Origin: Malacoraja senta
Lineage: Eukaryota
NCBI GenBank assembly: GCA_038087875.1
Contig: CM075989.1
Span: 15,252,001-15,316,000, forward strand
Reading direction: 5' to 3'
DNA: 64,000 nt
Positions 1-13,090 of this stretch are shown here, piece by piece. Each line of letters opens with the position of its first letter. Position 1 is the first letter of the stretch. The notes below the pieces were generated by a model. The model made no database searches and was not told the origin of the DNA. It saw nothing but the letters and a program-made list of their open reading frames with translations. Position numbers and translations under genes: made by a program.

Positions 1-189
1 CAGAAAAAATAGAGGGATAGTTCAGGACGATGGGAACCAGAATCTGTCAGGGATATACGGTGTTTACAACCACTTGACTAGTTCACATCTTTTGCCTTAG
101 AGATATATTTTACTTGTAAACAATTTCTTAATTCAATAACAGTTAGCTAGTGGTTGTTTATTGTTATATTTTTAATGTTGATCCCAATC

Positions 190-460
190 TATCATAGACG
201 CCTCGTGCATCTGTAGTTTGCTTTATTTGGAACTATTTGAACTAAATCACTTCCAATCTTCACATAAGATTTTTTCATATCATGATTACTGCTCCCTGAA
301 GACCCCAGATCATAGATTAACCCTTTTTCCTTGCACATTACTGAATCTAAAATAGTTTGTTCCTTTGAAGGTTCCTCCACACACCGATTTAAAATAAAAT
401 CTCTTGTGCATTCCGTGAATTAATTGGGCCAGTATTTCTGTTGCTTTTGGATTTAGATCA
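190..460 (-). mobile_element. Old CR1 LINE remnant (endonuclease region)
   Basis: ILDSVMCKEKGLI...GSSNHDM resembles the CR1 APE C-terminal ILDLVL...G.SDH motif. Confidence 0.45.
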
Positions 461-488
461 GTAACAAATATAAGCGTAAAAAAAAGTA

Positions 489-606
489 GATGGAGTTTAA
501 TATGAGTAACTGTGATGTGCTGCACTTTGGGAGGCCAAATGTAAGGGGGAAAGTATACGGTTAATGGCAAGACCCTGAACTGCATAGAGGGATCTTGGGG
601 TCCAAG
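489..606 (+). mobile_element. CR1 RT fragment
   Basis: gatggagtttaat..tgtgatgtgctgcactttgggagg..agagggatcttggggtccaag resembles the CR1 copies elsewhere in the window. Confidence 0.6.
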
Positions 607-1340
607 ATGATGAATTTGTCAAGAATATTTGCTATACATGAATTGGCAATGCTATTAAAATAGAGAAAATAGTACTCAGAATAGCAGAGTAGACATACAT
701 AAAAAGTGGCCGTTATTTGCATCTGTATAATTATGTTACATGCATCTCACAGCTAAATTTTAATCAAACTCTTTGATATATTTTGTTTGTGGTTGAAGGC
801 TTTGGTAAGATTGCCATTTTGACCTCAACCACAAAGTTTCAATATATTAATATTAAACATATTGAGAATTCTGAAAATATCCCACATCTGGTAGATGTTA
901 ACTGAATGATGGCAAATTCTTGACACATTTGCCCGACTGACAGTTTTATTTTAACAGGCATATATCGGTTTCAGTGGAATGGTTTATCTTGTTGAAAATA
1001 TCTTAATGCTTAATCAGTGCTTACATTCTGCCTCAGATCAATTTCAGAAAGGTTGCAAACTCTGGTTTTAACAAAAATAAATGTTCCATGTGTCTAATCT
1101 CCTGCACCATTGGTCTATTCTCCAAGTTAGCTGGCAATCAGTCGGAATTTCAACTCTTGATTAGCCAGAGCCATCCCAATCAAATGCCCCGAATTTGTCA
1201 ACATTTGCATCTGCAGAAATCCAAAACTTGCTGCGGAAATTACTGATGATACGACAAATATGTCAAAATATACCTTTATTCCTGCCGTGAGCTGCACCTT
1301 TTGATTCTTAAAAAAATAGATACATTCAACACAAATATGA

Positions 1341-1472
1341 TGTGCAGGAAAGAACTGCAGATGCTGGTTTAAATCGAAGGTAGGCACAAAATGCTGGAGT
1401 AATTCAGCGGATCAGGCAGCATCTCTGGAGAGAAGGAATGGGTGACGTTTCAGGTCGAGACCCTTCTACAGA
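1341..1472 (-). repeat. Penelope-derived short terminal repeat (hammerhead-bearing family)
   Basis: Near-identical to 5875-6002 and to the reverse complement of 58540-58668; also matches the 3' end of the Penelope copy at about 40080-40172. Confidence 0.75.
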
Positions 1473-1704
1473 ATATGATGTGATATATCTGATCTTAATT
1501 GTGACGAGAGAAAATTATTCTGAAATGTTAACTCAGCTCCTTTCTCCATATAAACTGCTTGACCTGCTGAGTATTTCTAGTTTCTTCCATTTTTATTTAA
1601 TGAACTTGATGGTGATTGTGGGTTGAGTGACCATTTCGGTTGACAGATTTTGGATAAAGTTATCTTTTTGATTATGTTTCACAGTTTTTACTGTTGCTTA
1701 ATAG

Positions 1705-1878
1705 GATGATGAAAATAATACCTTGACTAGCCATTTAAAGGAGGTAGAGGAAGACCGCAACCGATTACAAAAGGCAACGAACATCCAGCAGTCTCAAATT
1801 GAGAAATATAAAAGCCTGGCTGATGAGGCACAAAAGAAAAGTGATGGTTTACAGCAACAAGTGCTCGCTTTGCAAAAG
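1705..1878 (+). CDS. TEX9: TEX9 internal coding exon (gene 5' part lies upstream of the window)
   Basis: AG at 1703-1704 and GT at 1879; 174 nt, phase 0/0. Encodes DDENNTLTSHLKEVEEDRNRLQKATNIQQSQIEKYKSLADEAQKKSDGLQQQVLALQK, resembling recalled human TEX9 (..QQSQVEKYK..KKYDGLQQQ..). Confidence 0.9.
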
Positions 1879-2732
1879 GTATATTTCATACTGTAACATT
1901 TAAGTAAACTGATTAGTTTAAATTGTTGCATTTCTACAAACATTGTGGATAGGCTTTGCCGCTCCTGATAGCTACACAAGGCAGCAATTGATCTGCTTCA
2001 TAGGCCCTAATGATTTGCTCCTATTGGCCCTGGAGAGAAAATCAAAGTGATTCCATCCCACTTTAATGCACAAGTGTGTAAGGCCACATAACATTTAGTA
2101 AAAGTACAGTCAATTTGGCAAATTAAATTGGCATTTAAATTGCACACTTCATATTACTATCTTTTCGGACCTTCCAAGTTATCGGTTCATTTGCGAAAAC
2201 GTTATTATTATTTTCCTGACATTTGCAGACTACTATTAATTTACTGCTACTTATATGAATAGAATGGGTCCAATTTTTTAAATCGCAGGTTCCCGAATGT
2301 CCTGGATTTTTTTTTCTCTTTTTCTGCTCCAATGAAGGATCTGAAATGTTAGCTGTTCTTTCCACAGATTTTGCCTGACTTGCTGAGTGCTTCCAGTGTT
2401 GTCTGTATTTATTTTAAACTAGGAGACTTTCATGTTTGTGCAAATTCAATTGAAATAGAAATATGCACCTGTTTGTGTTTGCACAATGAAAGTAAACTGG
2501 AGATTAAAAAAGGAGTTGCAGATATTGGAAATCTGAAATACAAACTGAAAATATGAGAGAAATTCAGCAGGCCAGGCAACATCTGTAGGAAGAAAAGTTA
2601 ACGTTTGTGTCTGCAAAACATTGACTCTTTCTCTTTCCACAGATGCTGCCTGACCGGCTGAGCTTATCTAGTATTTTCTCTTTTATGTTGCATCTTTGGT
2701 GAGCAATTTTATGTGATAAAACTGGAGACTTA

Positions 2733-3029
2733 AGGGCCTGTCCCACTGTACGAGGTAATTCAAGAGCTCTCCCGAGTAAAAAAAAAATCAAACTCGTGGT
2801 AAGTACGTAGAATGTAGGTAGCGGGTACGTTGGAGCTCGGGACGTCACTTAGCGGCTCGTAACGCTAACGGCAGGTACTCGGGAAACGCAGTAAGCTCGT
2901 GAAGATTTTTCAACATGTTGAAAAATGTCCATGAGAGCCTACGAGCGGCTATTACTGTAATTCTCCGAGTTCGAATCAGGGGAAACTCGGGAGAACTCTT
3001 GAATTAGCTCGTACAGTGAGACAGCCCCT
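2733..3029. mobile_element. PIF/Harbinger-type MITE (297 bp)
   Basis: 45-bp TIRs (AGGGCCTGTCCCACTGTACGAG..., 41/45 match) flanked by a TTA duplication at 2730-2732 and 3030-3032. Confidence 0.85.
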
Positions 3030-3539
3030 TTAAGATAAGGAACGGCAACTGTTTTAAAAAAGGTCGCAATTTTTCTCACACAAGGTTGTAAAATCATTGA
3101 AATTCTCTTCCTACGATGATAGTCTTTGAACATTTTAAAGTAAAGGTAGAGGGATTCTTGATGCGAAGGGCTGGAAGATTGCAGGGCATGGGCTGGAATT
3201 CAGCATTTTGGCTCCGAGTAGTGGTGCCACATGACCTTCCTGACTGGTGGAATTGGCTGGAGAAACTGTCTGGCATACTCTTGCTCCTAACTAATACAGT
3301 ATTGTTTAATTACAAGTTTTTATAATGCAGTTTTGTTCTTTATAGGTTTTAAGTTTTAGTGTTTGTTATGTGTATGTGGACTATAGAAACATTGCATGTA
3401 CTCATGGAAGTTTTCCATGTTTTCTCTCCTGATCTAATGGCGCTCTTGATACATTGGTACTGGCGGACTTCTGATTGCTCTTCATGTATAAAGAATATGT
3501 TTGTTCATAGAAGGAAGCACTGTCACATTTATTTGACGT

Positions 3540-3727
3540 GTGTAGGAAGGAACTGCTGATGCTGGTTTAAACCGAAGATAGACACAAAATACTGGAATTA
3601 CTCAGCAGGGCAGGCAGCATCTCTGAGAGAAGAGTCTGAAGAAGAATCTCGACCCGAAACGTCACCCATTCCTTCTCTCCAGAGATGCTGCCTGTCCCAC
3701 TGAGTTACTCCAGCATTTTGTGTCTGT
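3540..3727. repeat. Inverted pair of Penelope-derived repeats
   Basis: Left arm cacaaaatactggaattactcagcagggcaggcagcatctctg mirrored by right arm cagagatgctgcctgtcccactgagttactccagcattttgtg; hammerhead-like core at 3636-3663. Confidence 0.75.
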
Positions 3728-4404
3728 CGCTTTTATTTGTTCATGGAGTGCAGGGCTGTTTGGCACTTTTTTGTCCTTATCTAGTATACAGCTTTCAATA
3801 AAGGCACTGGTTATTGTCAGGAGTAAGAAGCCCAGGGAAATGTTTCTATTTCCCCGGGCACTGAGATCAATCATGCTTCCCATCTATTTCTGCAGCTGGC
3901 AACATCTAAGTGAGTATGGACCAAGAATCAAACTGGAAACTTCAGCTCAGCAGCCTTTAGTGCTCTCATTAAGGATTAGTTATTTAGATACACTGCAGGC
4001 CAATATTATTTTTCTCAATCAAAACTGAAGTGTTAATATTCTAAAACCGTTTTGGAATTTATATGAAAGATTGGATATAGTTACTGAGCTATTCTTAGGC
4101 AAAGAAATATGATGCCAAATTGGGAATATTACTTGTTACTGCCATCTTATGGTTAGGAATGGAAAATGTACTCTCTATTTTAAGGTTTTCTGTATCTTCC
4201 CAGAGTTATACAAAATGGGTTATGCATGTATTATCATTACATTGAGCATAATGAGTAGTAGTTTATTTCTACTGAATTATTTAAATCATGTATTTTGCTA
4301 AATTTAAAACTATGCATGTCCCTGACAGAGTTGGCATTTTTTAGGCTGCCTTCTTGAAATGTGGTTTGACGCTGAGAAGATTGCTGGACCAGTTTAAAGG
4401 CTGT

Positions 4405-4550
4405 GAAGATAGACACCAAGTGCTGAAGTAACTCACCGGGAAACACCACCCATCCTTTTTCTCCAGAGATGCAGCCTGACCCACTGAGTTACTCCAGCAT
4501 TTTGTGTCTCTTTGATATAAGCTAGCATCTGCAGTTGTTTGTTTCTACAT
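4405..4550. repeat. Inverted pair of Penelope-derived repeats (degenerate)
   Basis: Same family; gacaccaagtgctgaagtaactca mirrored by tgagttactccagcattttgtgtc. Confidence 0.65.
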
Positions 4551-4974
4551 GAAAAGGTATGAAGACTGAATCATGTTGGTGTGGAACTTGTGTGACATAA
4601 AGACCAGTCTGGATAAGATCAGTGGGTCAGTGAGATCGCACCATGAAGAAGAGTAGGACATACAGAACCAAAGAGGACCCAGTGGGAATATACAAGTGTG
4701 ATTACTTGACCATTATTTGACATGATTTCATTTATAAATTTACTTTGCCAAAAGTAAAAGACAGGAGGAAGTATTCATTCCATTATGAAAATTCCTTGTA
4801 TGTTGCAAAACATACTTGGCTAATAAAATATGATTGTGATTATGATTATTATGATGATGTCTATGTGGATGCATTGATAATTGGGGTGGCAACTGTTGAA
4901 AGATCTGTAAGTGGTATTCCAGATATTGTTATCACTCGGAGACGAGTTGTTCATGGACAACCTAGGCAGTTAAG

Positions 4975-5205
4975 GTAGAAACAAAGAACTACAGATGCTA
5001 GTTTATACCAAAAATAGACACAAAGTCAGTGGATCAAACAGCAACTCTGGAGAAAAAAGATGGATGACGTTTCGGTTTGGGACCCTTCTTCAAACTGTTG
5101 CGATTCTTCAGACTCTAGAGTAACTCAGATGGGAAACATCACTCATCCTTTTTCTCCAGAGATCCTGCCTGACCTGCTGAGTCACTTCAGCACTTTGTGT
5201 CTATC
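4975..5205. repeat. Inverted pair of Penelope-derived repeats (degenerate)
   Basis: Same family, both orientations adjacent. Confidence 0.65.
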
Positions 5206-5874
5206 TCGGCTGTTAAATATCACTTCGGACTTGCTCTCAATCCTTGCTGGTGATAAAGGCTATCATGTTATACTAACCTAGTTGTGAAATATGTGGGAGA
5301 ATACAACAGATCTGAAAGCTGTTGTGATGAGTACTACAGAGATCCTGCAGAGTAGTGTAGGTAGTGGAAACATATTTTAAAAAATTCAAAATAGACTTTA
5401 TTCAAGTAATAAATATATACAATACAGGAACCGTGCGAAAAATTAATCTGACATTCTCGGAGGCTATACAAACATTCAATACTGTTTTGCACAAATTACA
5501 CAAATTTATCCCCCGTATTTCTGTGTGCTGATTGTCTGCTATGTTGGATTTGCTTTGGCAACATGGCTTTTGTTATATGTATGGTGCACATGTCTGTTGG
5601 GCACAGGCATATTTATCAGCAAGGACCTGCATGAATCCTGTGGCAATCGTCACACCACAGTTGATAATTGAGGTTAAGGAAAGAGCGTTCACGTCGCGGC
5701 CCTGTTTCCACCAATCTTTCCACCACTACGCACAGGAAGCGCGTCACCATTGTATGCAGATGCTGAGAAGTGTTAGATCAAGGTAAATTGAAGTAGATTC
5801 CCCTTCCGCTGCAGGATGGTGCATCGTTGACAAGCAACACTCACATTGTAATGCGCGTAGTGATTTGTATCCTG

Positions 5875-6002
5875 TGTAGGAAAGAACTGCAGATGCTGGT
5901 TTAAATCGAAGATAGACACAAAATGCTGGAATAACTCAGCGGGACAGGCAGCATCTCTGGAAAGGAATGGGTGACATTTCGGGTCGAGACCCTTCTTCAG
6001 TC
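5875..6002 (-). repeat. Penelope-derived short repeat
   Basis: Near-complete copy; minus strand reads CTGAAGAAGGGTCTCGACCCGAAATGTC. Confidence 0.75.
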
Positions 6003-6538
6003 TGATCATCTTCAGACCCATCTTCAGATTGATTTGTATCATGCCTTGTGTAAGACTGAGCTAAGAGCTATATTATATATTTTTTAATTATTTTGTAACA
6101 GCTGTACTACATGCCTCAATGGTGCAATAGATATTGTGTACCAAGCACAGATATTTGCCAACATTTGTTTCATGCCTATTCATGAACCTGGCCAAATGAA
6201 AGTGTTTGAATATTTAAAAAATCATGTCAAGGTTTATCCCCTACCAAATTGTTGGTTGTGGTTTTGGGTCATTTAATAATGTAATTAGCATTGTTAAATC
6301 CATATATTGAAGGGCCTATAGCCTAAAATCAATATTTCTTACTTTCTTCCATCAGATAATGTCTCCATAAAAAGGAGCCAGCAAATTGTCTCAGTGACTT
6401 TTTTCAGAAATGTTTTATATACATGCAGTTTGATAGGTTTTTATGTAAAAGTGAAATATTATAAATAATGTATCTTTTAATATTTTGATGTCGTATAAGT
6501 GAAGATTCAGTGACTTCATCATGTAATTGTCATCCTAG

Positions 6539-6679
<141 letters not shown>

Positions 6680-7405
6680 TAAAGATATTGGGGAAAATTA
6701 TCAATTCCACATTCAGCCACTCTTGAGGGCGCCGTTGAGAGAAGAGTTACTCAAGCCTTGAATCCTTTTCTACCCAAACTCCCTGAATTTAAGGAACATT
6801 TAAACAGGTAAAAGGATAGTGACGGTTTAGAGGGATATGGGTCAAAGGTGGGCAAATGGGACTTGCATAGATGGGCATCTTGATCGGTATGGACGAGCTG
6901 GGCCAAAGGACCCATTTCTGTGGTTTTGATTGACTTTTAAGCATCTAAGGTGGTTTCTCAGTGTTGAGGATTACTTGTTTCCACTCCAGTCCTGTGGGTC
7001 TAGAGACTGACATGAGAACAAAAATGCTTTAGGATCACTGAAATTTTAGTTTCTATCTCCATGCATGACATCTACCTTTTCTATTTCCATTATTCTTGGT
7101 AACCCTGCATTTGTGCTGATTCTTTTCTGTATATTTTCTTCATTTCCTTAGCTGCCAATTTTTGTTGCAAGTTATCTGATAATCTGACACTAAAGCAGCT
7201 CATTACTTGCTTATTTTACCAATTGAATGGTATAGTGGTAATTCATCAAAGAAGCTACTCAATACCAGCTCTCAGAGTCCTCTAGGAACCTGGAATTTAT
7301 TTGCATTGTCCACTGCATTCAGACTGCTGAAAGTGCTCTGCCCCTCTCCATTATTTCAAATAGGAAGGTGCTTGACTGGACAAAACTAAAATAAAAGTAA
7401 TGTAA

Positions 7406-7567
<162 letters not shown>

Positions 7568-7644
7568 TGATGTGAAAATGAGAGAAGCGGTAATTGGTAA
7601 CCTTGCCATTTTTGGAAATGAAGAGTATTAAAATAATCTGGTGA

Positions 7645-7770
<126 letters not shown>

Positions 7771-7880
7771 TTGGAAGAAAAGGCAGAGTAATAACTTAAT
7801 ATTGTAAACCATACTTTTGAATGTAATTTCAAGTTTGCAAAATCTATTCATGTTTTAGTATTATACAATTATTTGAATGA

Positions 7881-7886
7881 AATAAA
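7881..7886 (+). terminator. Probable TEX9 polyadenylation signal
   Basis: AATAAA 110 nt after the stop, followed by a T-rich tract. Confidence 0.6.
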
Positions 7887-8299
7887 GATATTTTCTACAT
7901 TTTTCATTTCCTTTTTCTCTTTATCGTACTAGTCAATTAAATATCGGATGGTTACTTGCTGCAAACCTGATGATTGTGTGCATTCTTCTTTATTAAATCC
8001 CAAATCTTGAAATGGTACATGGGTTTTCATAATTAGTCTTTAATATCTGATTGCTTGAAGTGACCCAGATTGACAGCAGAAGACCTGTTGGCTAATTTTA
8101 TTTCCTACATTTTCATTTATTTCCCTTTGAAGTCACCAGCGTTCATACTTTTCCATGACTTAAGTCAAGTGACTTAAATTGTTTCGGTTTTAAAGTATTT
8201 AAATGTCATCTATCAATAAGGACAATAGAAAATTCAACTGGGGATCAAGCACTTCACTCCAGCACTGTATTCCTAGTCATCTTTTTTTACAACTCACCA

Positions 8300-8570
8300 T
8301 CATCATAATCGTTGAAAACATTAGCGACACAGTGGTGCTGGTTTCTGAAGGGAACGGTGATGGACGCACCACACATCTCTGTCCTCCATGCAGCTGGCAA
8401 GCTCCTCTTTTGTCTCTAGACATGAGTCTCCCATTAACGTCTTCAGCATCGTCTTGATTGTCCGTCCCGGGTCACGTCTTCCATGAGTGGGTTCGCACAA
8501 CACAACCTTGTTTGCTGGCATTTGTGGGTTGCGGTGGCAGTGACCAGCGAGCCTTTTTACAACTAAATAC
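8300..8570 (-). mobile_element. RTE-clade LINE 3' end remnant
   Basis: RLAGHCHR..PANKVVLCEPTHGRR..GR....L..D....EL...MEDRDVW is typical of an RTE ORF C-terminus. Confidence 0.7.
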
Positions 8571-9003
8571 ACCAATCAACTGTTAATAATGGGTTGGACA
8601 CTTAGTTAACCTAGTGATCAGAGGAAACATCTATTCCATTTTTCTCCAAATGCCAAAGATGCAGAAATCAGTATGGCCATTTCTTGATCACTGTAAACCG
8701 ATTTTTCTATTCTGTAGCACATCACAGGTAAGCATCATCTGCACAGTTATGAGATTGATTTTGTTGCGGTTAACAAATTCCTGTATTGACATAGTTCTGA
8801 TTTCTTGCAATATAATCCAAAAGGATTTTCTTTTATGGCCAGTTCAAATTGGTCACAGCTTGTCCATCAGCAGACATGTTGTTCTCAGCGTGCATATTTC
8901 AAAAAAGAAATGTCCTGAATGTGCTTTTCTTTGTAAATTGCTGCATACATTTTCCCTCTCTCACATCATCTCATCCATTTCTCATACTCCTTCCAGCTAC
9001 CTT

Positions 9004-9275
9004 AGTGTGGGACAGCAGTAGAGTTGCTGGCTTACAGTGCCAGAGACCCAGGTTCGATCCTAATTACGGGTGCTGTCTGTATGGAGTTTGTACGTTCTCC
9101 CTGTGACCGCGTGGTTTTTCTCTGGGTGCTCCAATTTCCTCCCATACTCCAAAGATGTACAGGTTTATAGGTTAATTGGCTTCTGTAAATTGTCCCTAAT
9201 GTTTAGGATAGTGCTAGTGTTCACTGGTTGGCATTGACTCAGTGGCTTGTTTCCACACTGTATCGGCAAAGTCTA
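9004..9275 (+). mobile_element. HE1-like tRNA-derived V-SINE
   Basis: B-box-like GGTTCGATCC head, central tgtatggagtttgtacgttctccc domain, CR1-like tail; several copies in the window. Confidence 0.8.
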
Positions 9276-10089
9276 AAATTTATGCTATGGGCCAATTAAC
9301 AGCAGCACACTTACCAGTACATTTCTTAACTCTGGGACGAAACCGAACCACTCAAGAAAACCCACATGATCACAGGGAGTACATGCATGTTCCACACAGC
9401 AGCTGGGATCATGCACAAATCTGGGTTCCAGGAATTGAGGCAGCAGCACCTCCCACCCTTTTCACCCTCCCCATTGTTTGGGAAGATCAGCTGAAACTCT
9501 CTCTTCACTTGTACTGTTGGTGTGGTAAGGTATATTCAGTAAATTAAGGCAAATGTAGATCACCTACGTTGTGCAGTTTATATCAATTTTTCAATGCAAG
9601 CAGCTGCAATATGCCATGACTCAATCTGAATTTAATAAATTTCTTCCTCACAGATTAAATCAATTCTTGTAACAATTGTAGCACTGTGGGAACATACAAG
9701 GCACTGCTTTATGTAATTTTAACATGTTTTGGACTAGGCAGACACATGGAACCAGTTATGCTGATCTCAAAACCCAAAGTATGTGAGAGGATTTAGATCA
9801 TTCAAAGAAAAGTCAATGACTAAGCTACCTCTAGTGCGAACTTCTGTTACTGATACTCCACTGGTCCAGAATGTGTGCATATTTTTCCTCCACTGTATGC
9901 TTTCAGTTAAGCTGCCAGTTGACCATAAGACAATATATTGCACGTATGAATACCACCTCCAGTTTAAATTCCATTTGGAATATTTTGGAGGACCAAGAAA
10001 CCAAGAATACGGTAGTAAATTAGTCCAAATGAAAATTTTTACAGACTTCCTTGGATTCCAGTAATTCCCCCTCAACTTCAAAACCAATA

Positions 10090-10146
10090 TTTATTATGCT
10101 ATATTCCACTTCTTTTAAAACATTTTTATTGTAATTAAACTTTATT
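10090..10146 (-). terminator. Cluster of candidate MNS1 poly(A) signals
   Basis: TTTATT on + (AATAAA on -) at 10141-10146, 10125-10130 and 10090-10095, about 170-220 nt past the MNS1 stop. Confidence 0.55.
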
Positions 10147-10312
10147 CATAATATTTATGATATATGCTTTCAATATTCATATCAGATACATTTCAACTCT
10201 GCGATTAAATAGGAATCAATATAATTTTATATCCAAGTGCAACTGAGCTGTCTGAGTTGGCTACGTAGGCCAAAATGGTTGTACCAAATGTAATACGACA
10301 ACGGGATCAGGT

Positions 10313-10420
10313 CTAACAATTCCACCCTTCATCTGAAGACAGATTGGTATTTCCTTTCTTGAAAGTCTCTTTGAAGGCATTATCAAACAGATCAAGGTCA
10401 TGTTCATCTTTAAATATCCC
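10313..10420 (-). CDS. MNS1: MNS1 exon 10 (last coding exon, includes TAG)
   Basis: cag|GGG; GIFKDEHDLDLFDNAFKETFKKGNTNLSSDEGWNC*, compared with recalled human GVFKKEDDIDLL. Confidence 0.88.
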   Translation of the reverse strand, partial: GIFKDEHDLDLFDNAFKETFKKGNTNLSSDEGWNC

Positions 10421-10504
10421 CTGTCAAAGACACATATAAAAACAATTAGCTTAACCAACACAACAATAACACTACCATCTTAATAATATTTATACAATAA
10501 ACCC

Positions 10505-10990
10505 AGTTCAAGTGTGGCCAAGAGGGCACACCAATGCCTCTACTACCTTGGAAGGTTAGGAAGTTTGGCATGTCCCCAACTATCCTCACTAACTTCGACT
10601 TGAGTGCTGTGGAAAACATTTTATAGGGTTGCATCGCAGCATGGCTAGAGAACAGCGGCATCCAAGACTGCAAGAAATTGCAGAGAGTTGTAGACGTAGC
10701 CCAGACCGTCACGCAAATCAACCTCCCTTCCATGAACTCCATCTACACTTCACGCTGCCTCAGCAAGGCCACCAGCATAATCAAGACCAGTTTCACCCCT
10801 CGCCCATCAGGCAAGAACTATCTATAATCTGACTTTATTGGGCTTTATCCAGCACTAAATGTTATACCTCTTCTCCTGTATGTGTTCAAGGTGGACAGTT
10901 TAACTGTAATCATGTGTAGTTTTTTTTCGCTGACTGGATAGTATATGACAAAAAACTTTTCACTGTAGCTTGGTACGTGACAATAATAAA
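10505..10990 (+). mobile_element. Rex1/Babar-like LINE 3' remnant
   Basis: ggccaaga..cacaccaatgcctctactacctt..aggaagtttggcatgtcc, homologous to 26020-26200 and 60265-60830. Confidence 0.6.
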
Positions 10991-11044
10991 TGTATTAAAT
11001 GGATTCAAATTCATCTCAATAGGTTTCTAGGTATTTTATAAGTT

Positions 11045-11790
11045 TAAACCAGGGCAGGGACTATCCAGTGAATGGTAGCGCCCTGGGGGTATGTTGTAGA
11101 ACAGAGAGACATGGGGTACAAGTACATAGTTTCTTGAAAGTGGTGACACAGGTAAGGCAGGGTGGTGATGGCGGTATATGGCATGTCTGCCTCATCGGAC
11201 AAGGTGATGTGTGCAGGAGTTGGGACTTAATGTTACAGCCATATAAAACATGGTAAGACTGCACCTGGGCATTGTATGCAGTCCTTGTTGCCGTACTATA
11301 GGAAGGATGTGATTAGGTTAGAGTGTGTTCAGAAAAGATGAACAAGGATGTTGTCAGAAGTGGCAGGCTTGAGCAATGAGGACAGACTGAATTGGTTAGG
11401 ACCATTTCCCTGGAGTGAAAGAGGTTGACCTTTCAGAGCTTTATAAAATTATGAGGGCGATTGATAAAACTGGATGGTCACAGTCTTTTTTTCCCAGGAT
11501 AGGGAAGCCCCAATAAGATACAACAGATTTAAGCTGCGAGGGAAAGATTTAGAGGGAATCCGAGAAGCAGGTTTTCACATGGAAAAATGTGGTGGGTACA
11601 TGGAATGAGCTGCCAGAGGAAGTGGTAGAGGTGGGCACAATTCCAAAGTTTAAAGGACATTTGGACGGGTCCATGGAGATGAAAGGTTTAAGGGGGTTAT
11701 GGGCCAAATGCAGGCAAAAGAGACTAGTTCAGGTAAACATCTTGGTTAGCACAGACAAGTTGGACTGAAGGATCAGTTTCAATGCTGAAT
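11045..11790 (+). mobile_element. Old CR1 LINE 3' remnant
   Basis: Decayed ORF2 C-terminus (SWDLMLQPYK..) and CR1 3'UTR. Confidence 0.75.
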
Positions 11791-11889
11791 AACTGACTAT
11801 TTAAATTTTAGTTATTTTATAAACCTCACTTGTTTGATTCTTCCTGAAACCTCTCTTGTTTGATGCTTCCAGAAACCTCACATATTATT

Positions 11890-12140
11890 TAGCTTAGTTT
11901 AGAGATACAGCATGGAAACAGGTTCTTCCACTGACCATGTCCACACCGACCATCAATCATCCATTCACACTAGTTCTATGTTATCCCACTTTCTCTTCCA
12001 CTCCCTGCACACAAAGTGCAATTTACAGAGGCCAATTAACCTACAAACCCACATGTCTTTGGGACGTGGGAGGAAACTGGAGCACGTGAATGAAACCCAC
12101 GTGGTCACAAGGAGAACATGCAAACTGCACACAGACCCCA
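11890..12140 (-). mobile_element. HE1-like V-SINE (5' truncated)
   Basis: tttagagatacagcatggaaacagg...gccaattaacctacaaacc...tgggaggaaactggag. Confidence 0.75.
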
Positions 12141-13090
12141 CACATCAATCTGTAGGAATGCTCTCCCGCAGTCTGAAAGACACTATCAATATGCTTGATG
12201 TTGACACTTTTTGCCATTCTCCTTTATTGACTCTTCCCCCCTTCCTCATCGCCCCACAACTGATGTCAGTATCGTTAACTAATCTAGACTTGTAACAGCT
12301 ATCCTTCATTCCAATTCACACGTTGACAACGCATTTTATCAAATGATTTCTCTTTCTAGAATTCTCTAATATATCCCATATGTCCTCTATTTTATCATTT
12401 AGCTGTGCAATACTATTCAGAAGCATTACATTAACCAAGAACACCTTTACACCTCATTGTAAGCTGCTTTGATAACACAACTGTTATTGTCTCAAAAAGT
12501 AGAAAATACAGGTAGATGGTTAATGGTTTCAAAACTTGATACTATTATATCTCATCTTAAATTCTAATTCCATGTCAATGAACTTTTTCAGACAGAGTGG
12601 TCGAGGTCATGTGTTGCTTAATCACAAGGTTGATTTCTTCATTTCAAATTTTTCAAAATTATTTTGGAAATATCCCCTCTCTATATTCCTGGTTCATCTG
12701 CCAAGTAATTATTCTATAAACCTCCCACTTTATAATTCATAAATTAATAATCCAGAGTATCACGACCTGTCTAAATTACTTGAATATTTTCAAAGTTCTC
12801 CTCAGAGAGAACTTTGGTGCAAGTACAGATTCCCGATTCAATAATAATCAACTTTGTTCTCTATTGATATTGGGCCCATCCTTTGAAATTCCCTTGCTCT
12901 TCAAATAAGCTTTATAGCTTACTTAAGATATATTTTACATCTTAAAAACTTCAGAGTCGTAAGTGCAGTCCTTCTGAAACCTTGTATTCATTTTTCTGCA
13001 GCCTCAAAGTGATGGGAACTGTGGACGTGCATCTTCAACAATATTAATCTGGAATTTGAGGTTTCAGCAGCAAATACATTAGTTATCATC

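Noticed and set aside
1341-6002. Recurrent palindromic repeats that could suggest a CRISPR-like array
   Set aside because: Irregular spacing, mixed orientation, eukaryotic intronic context; they are Penelope-derived repeats.
10261-10461. 66-aa minus-strand ORF over the MNS1 last exon
   Set aside because: Wrong frame; the MNS1-homologous frame starts at the acceptor at 10420 and stops at 10313.
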